Source of the DNA: Octopus sinensis
Lineage: Eukaryota
Assembly: GCF_006345805.1 (NCBI RefSeq)
Contig: NC_043024.1
Coordinates: 15,562,001 to 15,626,000 of the forward strand
DNA: 64,000 nucleotides
Direction of reading: 5' to 3'
The position numbers and the translations under genes were made by a program. Below, piece by piece: positions 34,926 through 47,954 of the stretch. Numbering within the stretch: the stretch's first letter is position 1; each line of letters begins with the position of its first letter. The notes beneath the pieces were generated by a model that saw nothing but the letters and a program-made list of their open reading frames with translations, searched no databases and had not been told where the DNA came from.

Positions 34926-35099
34926 ACATCTGATATGTTTTAGTTCCTTTAATCCCTCCTAAGACCCTAAAGTGAACATCATACGTAACACATCAAATTT
35001 GGGTCCACCTGTAAGATATCTACTGAACCATCTTTATAAAATCTGATAGTTTATGCTTCATACATTTTGGATCAAGTTCCGTTTGAGGATATGTATACC

Positions 35100-36335
35100 T
35101 GTGTATTAGTGTGTGTGTGTTAGTGTCTATGCATGTGTCTTTGTGTGTAGGTATTTGTGTGTAGGTATTTGTGTCTGTGTGTATGTGTGTGTACTAGAGT
35201 GTGTTAGTGTCTGTGTGTCTGTTAATGGTTGTGTGTGTTAGGTTTTGTGTGTGTATGTATGTTAGAGTTTGCATGTGTGTTAATGGATGTGCATATATTA
35301 GTGTGTGTGTTGGTGTCCATGCATGTGTGTGTGTGTTTGTGTGTAAGTATTGTGTGTATGTTTGTATGGCAGTGTGCATGTGTGTTTGTATGGCAGTGTT
35401 TGTATGTGTGTGTATTAGTGTGTGTGTTAATGGGTGTGTGTGTTAGGTTCTGTGTGTGTACGTATGTGTGTGTGTGTGTGTGTTAGTGTGTGTGTGTGTG
35501 TGTGTTAGTGTCTGTGTGTATGTTAATGGGTGTGCATGTATGTTAGGGTGTAGGTATTTGTGTGTGTGTGTATGTTTGTATGACAGTGTATGTGTGTGTA
35601 TGAGTGTGTTTCTATGACAGTGTATGTGTGTATGAGTGTGTTTGTATGACAGTGTATGTGTGTATTAGTGTGTGTGTGGTTAGTGTCAGTTAATGGGTGT
35701 ACATGTGTGTGTTAGTTTTTGAGTGTATGTATGTGTGCATGCGTGTTTGTATGACAGTGTATGTATGTGTATTAGTGTGTGTGTTAGTGTCTGTTAATGG
35801 GTGTATGTGTGTATGTATGTGTGTGTTAGTGTCCTTGTGCATGTGTGTGTTTGTATGATAGTGTATGTATGTGTATTGGTATGTGCATATTTATGTGTGA
35901 GTGTGTGTATTAGTGTCTGTGTGTGTGTGTCAATGAATTTGTGTGTGTCTGTGTTAGTGTCTATGCATGTGTGCGTGTGTCTTTGTATGTAGGTACTTGT
36001 GTGCATGTTTGTATGGTTGTATGTGAGTGCTAGTATGTGCATTTCTCTGTGTGTGTGTGTATGTGTGTGTTAGTGTCTGAATGTCTGTTAATGGGTATGC
36101 ATGTACATGTATGTGTTAGGTTCTGTGTGTGTATGCATGTACATGTATGTGTTAGGTTCTGTGCATGTCTGTGTGTGTGTATTAGTGACTGTGTGCATGT
36201 GTGTACTTGTATGACAGTGTACGTATAGTGTATTAGTGTGTCTGTGCATGTTTATGTGTGTGTGCATGTTTGTTAGTGTCTGTGTGTGTTTGTATGCATA
36301 TGTGTGTATGTCAGTGTGTGTGTGTGTGTGTGAAT
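35100..36335. repeat. (TG)-rich cryptic simple repeat, about 1.2 kb
   Basis: Read directly; recurring TTAGTGTCTG and TTAATGGG interruptions. Confidence 0.9.
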
Positions 36336-37212
36336 GTTTAAAAATTATAACTTAACAGCTCAGCAGAAGTAATTGATAAAATATCTCGCAGACTTAACTC
36401 AAAATAAGTACGTGTGCAGGAAGTGACTTCTTTGACTAAACCCATTGAAGGTGGTGCCCCAGCATGGCCACAGTTCAGTGACTGAAACCCATTAAAGGTG
36501 AGGCAAAAGGAAGGCTTCATTTCTTTTTTTTCAATTTTTTATTTTAATTTTCAAAGAATTATTTTTAAACATTTCCAAAATTTCAATTTCTCTTTCAAAA
36601 AACAAAAAAAAGCAGAAAAGCACCCCCTCCTACTTAGCCACACACACACACACACACACATAGTAACACACACATACACGTAATAACACACACACACACA
36701 CACTAATGCACATACATACACACACACACTAATGCTCACACGCACACACGCACACATACACACACTAACATGTATGCATATACATTAACACACACACAAA
36801 TCCAAAATTAATGAACAGCTAACAGATTTCATAAAAATGGTAAACAGATATTCCAGAGCTGAATTTAAATTTAATGGGTTCCAACGTACCATTTAGGGTC
36901 TTCTGAAGAATTTGTGTTGGTTCAAATAACTAATATGATACAAGCATGGCTGGTGGTAAAGAAGTTTGCATCACAATCATGTGGCCCCTGGTTCAATCTC
37001 TCTGTACAGCACATTGAGCTTATGTCTCTTTTTCTTTTTTTTCATTTGGTGTGGCTGTGTGGTAAGAGACTTGCTCCCCAGTCACATGATTCTGGGTTCA
37101 ATCCCATCGTGTGATACCTTGAGCAAGAGTCTCTTATGGTTCCACAACCAGCCAAAGTCTTGTGAGTGCATTTGATAGACAGAAACTGAAAGAAACAAAG
37201 AAACAAACAAAG

Positions 37213-37445
37213 GCAGTGAGTTGGCAGAATCGTTAGCACGCTGGGCGAAATGCTTAGCGGTATTTCGTCTGCCATTACATTCTGAGTTCAAATTCCACCA
37301 AGGTCAACTTCGCCTTTCATCTTTTTGAGGTCAATAAATAAAGTACCAGTTACACACTGAGGTCGATGTAATCGACTTAATCCCTTTGTCTGTCCTTGTT
37401 TGTCCCCTCTATGTTTAGACCCTTGTGGGTAGTAAAGAAATAAGA
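37213..37445 (+). mobile_element. SINE family B monomer
   Basis: Family match with AAAGAAATAAGAAA end. Confidence 0.85.
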
Positions 37446-37462
37446 AACTGAAAGAAACCCAT

Positions 37463-37495
<33 letters not shown>

Positions 37496-38047
37496 TGGTG
37501 TTTGTCAGGCAGCATTGTTTGACAACTGGTGTTGGTTTGTTTATTTTGTACCCCTTTTTTTATGTTGGATATACAAATTTCCCAAAGCAGGGATAGACAC
37601 AACTGTCTTCACAAGACATACTTCAAATTACTCCACTAAACACGATACTCCAATAAATACAAACTCTCTCAACAATCTCAGCAAATTCTACAAACTTTCA
37701 ACAACTCCTATGACCTTCTCTCAGCCTCAACCAATATGCTACTCTTTATAAGAGTTTGGCTAGTCCATTCTTCCAGTTCCACGGGGGTGTCAATGACTCT
37801 TGCCATAACAGTTTACATCCCTGTGACTTAGTGGTTCAGCAAAATTAAACTTAAAAAGAAGAAAATAAAAAAATAGGTACTGGTGTTGATTCATTTGATT
37901 AAAAATTCTTCCAGGCAGTGCTCCAGCATGGCCACAGTCTTATGATTGAAGCAAGTAGATGATCAAAGATGAAAAAATATACCTCAAAATTAACTGAAAG
38001 TGAGACGTTTTGGCACAGCCATTTTGTCGCCACCTATTTGGCATTGT

Positions 38048-38384
38048 GAAGGTGCATGGTTCAGTGGTTAGAGTGTCGAGCTTACGATCGTGAGGTTGTG
38101 AGTTTGAATCCCGGACCGGGCTGTGTGTTGTGTTCTTGAGCAAGACACTTTATTTCACGTTGCTCCAGTTTACTCAGCTGTAGAATTGAGTTGCGACGTC
38201 ACAGGTGCCAAGCTGTATCGGCCCCCTTTGCCTTTCCCTTGGATAACATTGGTGGGGTGGAAAAGGGAGACTGGTATACATGGGTGACTGTTGGTCTAAC
38301 ATAAACAACCGTGTCTGGATTTGTACCTGGGAGGGTAACTTTCTAGGTGCAATCCCATGGTCAGTCTTGACCGAAGGGGGTCTC
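38048..38384 (+). mobile_element. SINE family E (D-like head plus RTE-5'-UTR-like body)
   Basis: A/B boxes, GTTCTTGAGCAAGACACTT, then GGTGCCAAGCTGTATCGG...CCCTTGGATAAC; copies at 42090 and 55041. Confidence 0.8.
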
Positions 38385-38544
38385 AGCATTTGGCATTGCC
38401 AGTTTGACACTGACTCATTTGACATCAAGCATTATGTTTACAGGGTGGGAGCACAAGCAGGGATGTGTCTGAATGCAGTGTTATCACCAGTTTGAATATA
38501 CCAGTGGCACATTCGAATTTGTAAACCAGCAATTCAATTCATCG

Positions 38545-39555
38545 GGTTGAAAGAGAGACAGGTGGAGATGGAGAAAGAAAGGGATACGGAGAGATGAAAA
38601 GAGAAAGAAAGACAGGAATAATGAAAGAGAAAGAGAGATGGCAACAGATGAAGAAAGGGGGAGAGAATGAAAGATGGAGGGAGACATTCAAAGAAAGGAA
38701 ATGTAATAATGTAATGTTATCAGTTTGAATCTGCCGGTGGCACATTTCAACTTGTAAACAAGCAATTCACTGCATTTTGTCATGGAGAAAATTTCTTGTT
38801 GTAGACAGATGGTCTAAATCAGCTCACAGCGCCACCTACCCAGACTGTAAGATGCAAGCATTTCACAGGGTTATCTCCTCTTCGGTCACAGAAACCAGAC
38901 TGGTGTTTCTGAGCTGATAAGGAAGACAATCTCTCTTACGTCATTCCACTGTCTGGTTTCTGTGATTGAAGAGGAGATAACCACTCTGATATGCTTGCAT
39001 CTTACAATCTGGGTAGGTGGCGCTGTGAGCTGATTTAGGTGTATTTAGATCATCTGTCTGCAGTGAGAAATTTTCTCCATGACAAAACACAGTCAATTTG
39101 CAGGTTTATGAGTTTGAATGTGCCACCGGCAGATTCAAACGGATAATGAAGTTGCATTGTTATGTATCCCTTCTTTGAATGTCTCACTCGCTCTCTCTCT
39201 CTCTCTCTCTCCGTTTATTCCTCTGTCTTCATCTCTCTTTCTCTCTCGCTTTCTCTTACACTCTATCCCTTTCTTTCTTTCTCTCTCAGTCACCATCTCT
39301 TTCTTTCTCCCCCTCTCTCTCTCCTTCTCTCTCCCTTTCTTCCTCTGTCTTCATCTCTCTTTCTCTCTCACTTTCTCTTTCTCTCTCGCTTTCTCTTTCT
39401 CTCTCGCTTTCTCTTTCTCTCTCGCTTTCTCTTTCTCTCTCGCTTTCTCTTTCTCTCTCTCTCGCTTTCTCTTAAACTCTATCCCTTTCTTTCTCTCTCT
39501 GTCACCATCTCTTTCTTTCTCCCCCTCTCCCTCTCTTTCTCTCTCTCTCCCATCG
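38545..39555. repeat. About 1-kb foldback: about 185-bp core inverted repeats flanked by mirrored GA-rich and CT-rich tracts
   Basis: 38717-38900 is the reverse complement of 38951-39146; the flanking tracts also share reverse-complement words. Confidence 0.85.
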
Positions 39556-39748
39556 CTACAGCATCAGGATAACAAAAGCCTTGTGAGTGGATTTTGGAGA
39601 CAGAAACTGACAGGAAGCCCATCATATACGTATATATATACTCACATGCATACACTAAACACACACACACATTCACATACACGGGCTTTTATTGTGATCA
39701 CTGAGAGGAAAAACCATTTCCATCACATTAACAGAATAATGACATTAA

Positions 39749-39970
39749 CCCTTTTGTTACCATATTTCTGTTGAGATGTTCTGTGTTTCTTTCAATTAAT
39801 TTGAAATATGACAAAGAATTTAGTAAAATAACTTAGTTATCATTAAGCTAGTGTTAGGAACATAAATTGTGACTAAGGTTTGGTGGAAGATTTTAATTCA
39901 AAACTTTTGAAAACAAGACATCTGTACAACAGAGCCAGAGGCTGTTTCAGGTGGGTTGGTATCAAAAGGG
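39749..39970. mobile_element. piggyBac-type MITE
   Basis: TIRs CCCTTTTGTTACCA/TGGTATCAAAAGGG; TTAA on both sides. Confidence 0.82.
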
Positions 39971-40001
39971 TTAAGAATTGTTTCTCTATTATATATTTTA
40001 A

Positions 40002-40255
40002 CCCTTTCCTTACCATATTTCTGTTGAGATGCTCTGTGTTTCTTTCAATTAATTTGAAATATAACAAAGAATTGTTATATTGAAATTGACAAGAATTAAT
40101 TATATTGAAATATAACAAAGAATTAATGATAACACAAGCTTATCATTAAGCTAGTTAGGAACATAAATTGTGACTAAGGTTTGATGGAAGATTTTAATTC
40201 AGAACTTTTGAAAACAAGAGCCAGAGGTTGTTTCAGCCGGGTTGGTATAAAAGGG
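40002..40255. mobile_element. Second copy of the same piggyBac-type MITE
   Basis: Direct copy about 30 bp downstream; TTAA on the left, degenerate on the right; internal short duplication. Confidence 0.78.
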
Positions 40256-41072
40256 TTTTAGCAAATATGAAATATGAACATGGGACACACTAAATTTGAT
40301 AACAATAATCAGTTGTTAATAATCCTTTCTTATAATTTGCTGATTGGGGATCAGCATGTCAAAGAATAGAACCAACGTTCCCTCTGTATGTCATAAAAAA
40401 AAGGTGACAAGATGAGGTTGAGGTAGGATTTGAACCCTGACCTTTTAAAACCTTCACCAGCAATGACTACCCAAAACAGCGCCATAGGTTGGAGGGTTGC
40501 TGCCTGAGTGATGCAAAGGTGTCATCCACCAGGGGTAGGGGATCACCAACAAATGGGGGATGCAGTGACATGCTGTTACAGTGCATGGTCCAATTCTCCT
40601 CCTCCTCCTCCTACTAATACTACTACTACTACCATCACTACAGCCACCACTACTGCTACTTCTACTACTACTACTACCACCACCACCACCACCACTACTA
40701 CTATTACCACCACTACTACTACTGCTTCTGCTGCGGCTATCCATGATTATAATAAATGGCTTAAACTGTTTAAATATAATCTATGATATAGATTTTACAG
40801 GAACTCCTTTAATTAGAGATATTATCTTAATTAAAAATATTAACAATCTAGTTTCCATCTAATTAGGTAATTAATATCTTGAGAAGGAACAAACTTGGAG
40901 AAAGATTGTGTTAGTAACGAAGCATTTATTGTTTTTCTTTTCCTAGGTGCTGGTATGGTTGCCTGGTTAGGCAGCTGGCTTCCCAAATGCATGGTTCCAG
41001 GTTCTATCCCACTGAACGACACCCTCAGCAAGTGTCTTCTTGTAATCGCCCCAGACCAACTGAGGACTTGAT

Positions 41073-41462
41073 CATCATCATCATTGTTCGACCGTGGTCG
41101 AGACAATGGAATTTACTATGTTACGCCAGACTTCACGGTCCATCATAGCATTACGGAGGTCCTGTTGCTGGATGCCTGTATCCCTGGAGATTACATCAGG
41201 GTAGGAGAGTGTGCGCCCTCTGGTATTGCGAGTAGATGGCTTCCAGAGGAGAAGAGTAGAAATTACTTCTTTTTCAGCTCTACAACATGTCCAGCAAACT
41301 GGACTCTCCTACCCTTCACAAGAGATGAAACAGGTGGTTGTAATTTCCCATATATTTGCATTTTGGTTGGATGGCGCTTCCACGAGAGATTTTTGAGCTC
41401 TCATAAGGAGGCGAGTGTAGGTTCATCCAACCGCCTCTCAAGCTTCTTTGATAACGTCCAAA
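41073..41462 (-). mobile_element. 5'-truncated RTE-clade LINE inserted in a SINE-A
   Basis: WTLSKKLERRLD...WKRHPTK...RRVQFAGH...LLLWKP...MMDREVWR ending in (TGA)n; 11-bp TSD GAGGACTTGAT at 41062-41072 and 41463-41473. Confidence 0.88.
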
Positions 41463-41502
41463 GAGGACTTGATGGTGGATTTGGTAGATGGAAACCATAT
41501 AT

Positions 41503-41650
41503 ATAGTTCAAAATTTACAGAAAATGAAAGACGAAGACAGGTGAAGGAACAACAAGCAGGTGTATTAGTTTGATGCTTGGGAAGAAAGGAAAAGTCTTTG
41601 AGGTTTCAAGCCTGCACTCTTTGACAGAAAGGATTGAGAGGGAAAAAATG
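41503..41650 (-). mobile_element. CTGT(C)GA-core hammerhead-like repeat
   Basis: Minus strand CTTT CTGTCAA A GAGT GCAG GCTT GAAA CCTC AAAG (41631-41596). Confidence 0.55.
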
Positions 41651-41801
41651 TGTAAGGGTTAATGGTTCAGTCCCACTGCATGGCACCTTGGGCAAGTGTC
41701 TTCTACTATAGCCTCAGGCCGGCCAAAGCCTTGTGAGTGGATTTATGTATGTTTGTGTGTGTGTATGTGTTAAATCATTAATCCCTATATATATATATGT
41801 A

Positions 41802-42007
41802 GAGGCACATGGCTTAGTGGTTAGAGCAGCAGAATCACGGTCAAGGGATCGTGGGTTTGAATCTCAGACCGGGCGATGTGTGTGTTTATGAGCTCCGGCA
41901 GAAAAAAATGCCGAAACTTCTGCTGACTCTTTCACCACAACTTTCTCTCACTTTTTCCTCCTGCATCTTGCGGCTCACCTGCGACTGACTGTGGCTCGAG
42001 AAGGAAC

Positions 42008-42010
<3 letters not shown>
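41802..42010 (+). mobile_element. SINE-F/T2 copy with internal deletions
   Basis: Matches the reverse complement of 21270-21570. Confidence 0.7.
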
Positions 42011-42085
<75 letters not shown>

Positions 42086-42089
42086 CATG

Positions 42090-42400
42090 TGAAGTACAGG
42101 GTTCAGTGGTTACAGCACCAGACTCACAATCATGAAGTAATGAGTTCAATTCCTGGAACAGGTTTTGCTGTGTCCTTGAGCGAGACACTTTATTTCATGT
42201 TGCTCCAGTCCACTGTCACTGGTGCCAAGCTGTATCAGTACCTTTGCCTTTCCCTTGGACAACATCAGTGGTGCGGAGAGGGAAGGTTGGTATATATGGA
42301 CAACTGCTGGTCTTTCATAAACCACCTTGCCTGAACTTGTGTCTCTGAGGGGAATATTCTTGGTATAATTCCATGGCCATTCATGACCAAAGGAAGTCTT
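42090..42400 (+). mobile_element. SINE family E
   Basis: Match to 38048-38384. Confidence 0.75.
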
Positions 42401-42435
42401 TACCCATCACAATTTATATATATATATATATATAT

Positions 42436-42592
42436 AGGGAGAATTCACAAAAAAAACAAAAGATGAAGACAGGTGGTGTAGACAACAAACAGATGTATTA
42501 GTATAATGCTCAGGAAGTGAAAAAGTCTTTAATGTTTCGAGCCTATACTCTTCCACGGAAAAGAACACAGAAAGAAACAAGGAGAGAAAATA
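42436..42592 (-). mobile_element. CTGT(C)GA-core hammerhead-like repeat
   Basis: Minus strand CTTTT CCGTGGA A GAGT ATAG GCTC GAAA CATT AAAG (42563-42527); flanked by (TA)n. Confidence 0.6.
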
Positions 42593-42608
42593 AATATATA
42601 TATATATA

Positions 42609-42790
42609 TGACTGTGACCTTTGGTATTATTTCGTGCTTGAGAAGAAGACACATCAAGCTTAACAAAATCGCAATCGCAGCAGATACCGGTGTCACACAA
42701 ATGGCACCCAAGAAAGTGGCACCTAAAAGAACCCATTACACTCTCAGAGTGGTCGGCATTAGGAAGAGCATCCAGATGGTGCAGCCTTCT
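42609..42790 (+). mobile_element. RTE ORF end plus partial family C UTR
   Basis: DLWYYFVLEKKTHQA* followed by an AGGAAGAGCATCC motif. Confidence 0.65.
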
Positions 42791-43134
42791 TTACATTTCC
42801 ATCTGCTAAATCCACTCACAAGGCTATAGTAGAAGACACTTGCCTAAGGTGCCACGTAGTGGGACTGAACCTTGAACCATGTAGTTGGGAGGCCAGCTTC
42901 TTACCATGCAGCCACACCTGCACAGTAAAAAAATGTTGCCAGCAGTCAACTCTGGGGAACTGAACCCATACCCCTCAGACACTGATTGAATGCTCTACAA
43001 TTAAGCTAAATGGCTCCTGACATATACATGCACAGACACACATGCATAGGTACATATACACATACACATGTATAGATATTCATTCACACATACAGACATG
43101 CACACCACACACACATACAGCTTGATCTTTTCTA

Positions 43135-44419
43135 TTCGATCATCAAGTGTGAAATTTGTAGAAAAGAAAAAAAGTTTGCCAATGTTTTATAAATACAAGG
43201 AATAGTTTTATTCATCAAAGTATGCACCTATATTGTCAATACACTTTTGCCATTTCAGCGGCAGCTTGTCCAGCCCGGGACTGTAAAAGCCTGGCAATCT
43301 AGAGTCAATAAAATCTTGGAAGGCCTGTTTTACAGCATTATCGGAATTTTTTTCCCATCAAAAGGTTATCCAAATTCTGGAAGAAGTGGTAGTCAATGGG
43401 GGCAAGATCAGATGAGTATGGTGGATGATGAAGAACTTCCAACTCCAACTCCTGTAGTTTCTCCAATGTCAATTTTGCGATATTTGGTCTTGCATTGTCT
43501 TGCAATAAAATAGGAGTGGATCTGTTGACTAATCTAGGCTGTTTTTTTTTGTAAGTTTCTGCATTATTTGGTCCAGTTGGCTGCAGTATGCTTCGGCCGT
43601 GATTGATGAGCCAGGTTTAATGAAATCATAATGGATCACACCTGCACCAGACCACCAAACACACACCATCAGCTTCTTTTGATGAATTTTGCATTTTGGA
43701 CTGTGTTTTGGTGGCTCGTCTTTGTTCAACCTTTGTGCTGAACATTTACGGTTGTTGTATTGGATCCATTTCTCATCACATGTCACAATTCAATTCAAAA
43801 ATGATTGATTTTTGTGACAAGAAAATAGCATAGTGCAGGCTTCCAAACGTTGCTGTTTCTGATTTCCATTGAGTTCATGTGGAACCCACTTATCCAACTT
43901 TTACACTTTTACCAATTTGAACTAGGTGAGTCAATATTGTTTGCTTGCTAACACTAAACAACAACGATAATTCACAGACACTTTGAGATGGATCTGACTC
44001 AACGGTGGCTTTCAGTTTGTCATTATCCACCTTTGTTTCTGGTCGACCACGTTGCTCATTTGTGAGGTCAAAGTTACCAGAATGAAATTTTGCAAACCAA
44101 TTTAACACTGTCTGCTTGCATAATAACATTAGAATGAAATACTCCATTAATATTTCAAGCTGTCTGTGATGCTGTAGTTCCAAGAAAGAACTCATATTTC
44201 AAAACTGTACGAATTTCTGACTTATCCATCTCTAAACAAAAATAGCAAAATACGATTTGTAAATACTTTATATAAAGTGCAAAATGAGTTAGAATAAAGA
44301 AATAGATGTCAGCTTTCTAACAAAAAATAAAGATTGTTAAAATATAATAATGGTGCAAAATGAGCAGCTGTCAAAGTTTATCCTATACCTTACTACAAAT
44401 TTCATACTTCACGACCTAA
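43135..44419 (-). mobile_element. Full-length mariner (1285 bp) with disrupted DD34D transposase
   Basis: 27-bp TIRs, TA on both sides; motifs WFAKFHSGNFDL, GRPETKVD, TCDEKW, QDNARP and HPPYSSDLAPIDY, with 34 residues between the 2nd and 3rd D; frameshifts present. Confidence 0.93.
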
Positions 44420-44489
44420 TAAGATAGCAGAGAGTGTGATTTAGGGGACTTCTTTTTGGCTGCTCTTTCTAGCAGAACAAGCTACTATG

Positions 44490-45270
44490 TTGATGTCTTT
44501 TCCTCATTGCTTACGATAATGATAGCATTGTTGGTGCAGATGTTGATGATGAGGATGATGATGACGATGACGATGATGAGGAGGATGACGATGATGATGA
44601 TGATGTTCATTACAATGATGAAGATGATGATGATGGTGATAGCGATATGATAAAGACGGTGATGATGACAATGATGGTGATGGTGTTGGTGGTAGTGGTG
44701 GTGGTGGTGGTGGTGGTGGTGGTGGTGTTCAGGATGATGATGACGACTGACATCACTAACGATGGAGAATCCTATAGTGTGTTCCCTTCAATTATATTTT
44801 GTATTTTTCTAACAATTCCCCATTTCCAGCCACTGCCTCACAATTTTGTTATGTTCTTGTTATTGTTGCTGGTGTTGTTGTTGTTATTGGTGGTGGTGGT
44901 ACTGCTGCTACTGCTGCTTGTAGTGGTGGTGCTCATGGTGTTGATAGTGGTGGTGATGGTGGTGGTGGTGGTAGTGGTGGTAGTGGTGGTGGTAGTCGTA
45001 GTGGTAGTTGTGGTGGTGGTGGTGGTGGTGGTAGTGGTGGTGGTAGTGCTGCTGTTGCTGCTGCTGTTGATGGTGGTGCTCATGGTGTTGATAGTGGTGG
45101 TGATGGTGGTGGTCGTGGTTCAAATTCTGGCCATTGCCATTGAAAGAGGAAATCTAAGAATAGAGGTGTTCAATAAACGGCACCAAACAATCAGATTGCA
45201 TAATTTACAATTAACAACAGCAACAACAACAACAACAACACCAACACTGTTGGTGTTGTTGTTGCTGTTG
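44490..45270. repeat. (GAT)/(GGT)/(GTT) compound microsatellite region
   Basis: Read directly; GGTGCTCATGGTGTTGATAGTGG block duplicated. Confidence 0.9.
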
Positions 45271-45334
45271 TTGTTAGTAACCCAGTGTTTATTTTGGGCC
45301 TAAAAGAGAGACACAAAAAAATGTACCTTTTCTC

Positions 45335-45920
45335 TATTAAAACTACAAGCACACACACACACACTCACACTCATGCAAAGATACACATACACACACATAC
45401 TCATACATACACATACACATACACTCATACACATGCTCGCATGCAAAGATACACATACACACACACACTTGCAAACGCACACATACACACATGCAAACAT
45501 ACACACACACACTCATACACACACATGCACGTACATTCACATACACATGCTCGCATGCAAACATGCACATACATACACACACACATGCAAACATACACAC
45601 ACAAACATACACATACATACACATACTCATACACACACATACGCATACACTTATACACATGCTCGCATGCAAACATACACATACACATACTCATACACAA
45701 ACATATGCACACACTCACATACGCATGCTCGCATGCAAGCATACTTATACACACAAACATACACATACATACATACACACACACACATGCAAAACAGACA
45801 TACACACACATACACTCACACACACATGTAAACACACACATACATGACATACACGTGTGTACACTTACGCATACGCACAAACACACAGACGTGCACACAT
45901 GCACATACACGCATACATGA
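45335..45920. repeat. (CA)/(CATA)-rich cryptic repeat
   Basis: Read directly; recurring ATGCTCGCATGCAA interruption. Confidence 0.9.
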
Positions 45921-46296
45921 AGATGCAGAAATGCACAGGCAACACTAAAGCATGACCCAATGAGGTGGCCATTATGTGGTCGCTTGATTTGTCTAGAAAT
46001 AGCAGCCGAGTCTCTCTTATACCAGTTTTGACAACCATGGCATATTCTTTTATTCTCTCATTCTTTTATTTATTTCAGCCATTTGACTGTGGCCATGCTG
46101 GAGCACCACCTTAATGGGCTTTAGTTAAAGAAATTGACCCCAGTACTAATTCTTTGTAAGTCTAGTACTTGTTCTATTGGTCTCTTTTGCTGAACTGCTA
46201 AGTTACGTGGACATAAACACCCCAGCATTGGTTGTTGACAGTGGCACGGGTGAGAGGACAAACACACACAAACAGATATATATATTCAAATACATA

Positions 46297-46830
46297 TCAT
46301 CATCATCATCATCATCATTTAGCGTCCGCTTTCCATGCTAGCATGGGTTGGACGGTGCAACTGGGGTCTGGGAAGCCAGAAGGCTGCACCAGGCCCAGTC
46401 TGATCTGGCAATGTTTCTATGGCTGGATGCCCTTCCTAACGCCAACCACTCCGTGAGTGTAGTGGGTGCTTTTTACATGCCACCGGCGCAGGTGCCAGAC
46501 GGGGCTGGCAAACGGCCACGGTCGGATGGTGCTTTTTATGTGCCACCGGCACGGAGACCATTTGGGGCAGTGCTGGCAACGGCCACGATCGGATGGTTTG
46601 CTTACGTGCCACCGGCACTGGTATCACAGCTGCAATTTCCATTGATGTTGATTGACTTCGATTTTGGTTCTGATTTGGTTCTGATTTCCACTTGCCTCAA
46701 CAGGTCTTCACAAGTGGAGTTTTGTGTCCCAAGAAGGAAAGGTATGCATAAGTCGACTGGCTACATTCCAGCTAGAGGCCATGGGTTATGGTCTCACTTC
46801 TCCTGCCGGGTCTTCTCACGCACAGCATAC
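46297..46830 (-). mobile_element. RTE 3'-UTR fragment (family C), long, three hairpin units
   Basis: Family match; upstream part shared with 24300-24436. Confidence 0.85.
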
Positions 46831-46833
46831 TTC

Positions 46834-46876
<43 letters not shown>

Positions 46877-46879
<3 letters not shown>

Positions 46880-47183
46880 CGTGATCACTGTGACCGACCA
46901 GGCTATCAGATGTTGCTACACATCTCTGGTTACAATGCGCTTCACATTGTTTTAGCCACCCCACTGGCTAAGCGAGCTGGCCAACTGAAAAAAGAGTGAG
47001 AGAAAGATGTGGCAAAAGAGTACAGTAGGGATCACCACCACCTGCCAGAGCCTCGTGGAGCTTTAGGTGTTTTCACTTTTGGTGTTTTCGCAATAAACAC
47101 TCGCAACACCCGGTCTGGGAATCGAAACCGCAATCCTACGACTGTGAGTCTGCTGCCCTAACCACTGGGCCATTGCACCTCCA
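46877..47183 (-). mobile_element. SINE-F with a third tail type
   Basis: F head and centre, but tail unrelated to T1 or T2. Confidence 0.7.
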
Positions 47184-47410
47184 TCATCATCATCATCATC
47201 ATCATCGTTTAACGTACGTTTTCTGTGCTAGCATGGGTTGGACGGTTCGACCAGGGTCTGGGAAGCCAGGAGGCTGCACCAGGCTCCAGTCTGATCTGGC
47301 AGTGTTTTTACAGCTGGATGCCCTTCCTAACGCCAACCACTCCGTGAGTATAGTGGGTGCTTTTTACATGCCTCCGGCACAGAAGCCAGTCAAGGCGGTG
47401 CTGGCATCGG
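47184..47410 (-). mobile_element. Family C tail
   Basis: Motif match with (CAT)n. Confidence 0.8.
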
Positions 47411-47954
47411 CCATATATATATATATGTATGTATGTATGTATTTGTATATATATATATATATATATATATACGACGGACTTCTTTCAGTTTCTGTCTACC
47501 AAATCCACTCACAAGACTTTGGTTAGCTCCAAGGCTATAGTAGAAGACACTTGCCCAAGGTGCCATGCAGTGGGACTGAACCCGGAACCATGTGGTTGGG
47601 AAGCAAGCTACTTACCACACAGCTATGCCAGCACCTACATACACATACACGTATATATATGTATGGGTTTTTAGGTGACATAAGAAGTTTCAAATAAATC
47701 TCCCAACAATATCATTAACATCATCATCATCATCATCATCATCATCATTATCATCTAATATTTTGGCATGTAAACCGTCCATAAACAGCTAAAACAGTCT
47801 TCCCATTTTATGTCCTAACTGGCTATATCTAGCCTTTCACACCTACCTACAATGTCATTCTAAATATAAACCATGACATCATTGAAATTTTAAAGCCACA
47901 AAATAATGCATGATTAACTCTAAACAATGTGAATAAATAAGTATTATTATGGCT

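Noticed and set aside
37560-37790. Possible LINE coding remnant (C/A-rich strand bias)
   Set aside because: No recognisable motif in any frame.
41084-41506. 140-aa plus-strand ORF as a host gene
   Set aside because: It is the antisense shadow of the RTE fragment bounded by a TSD.
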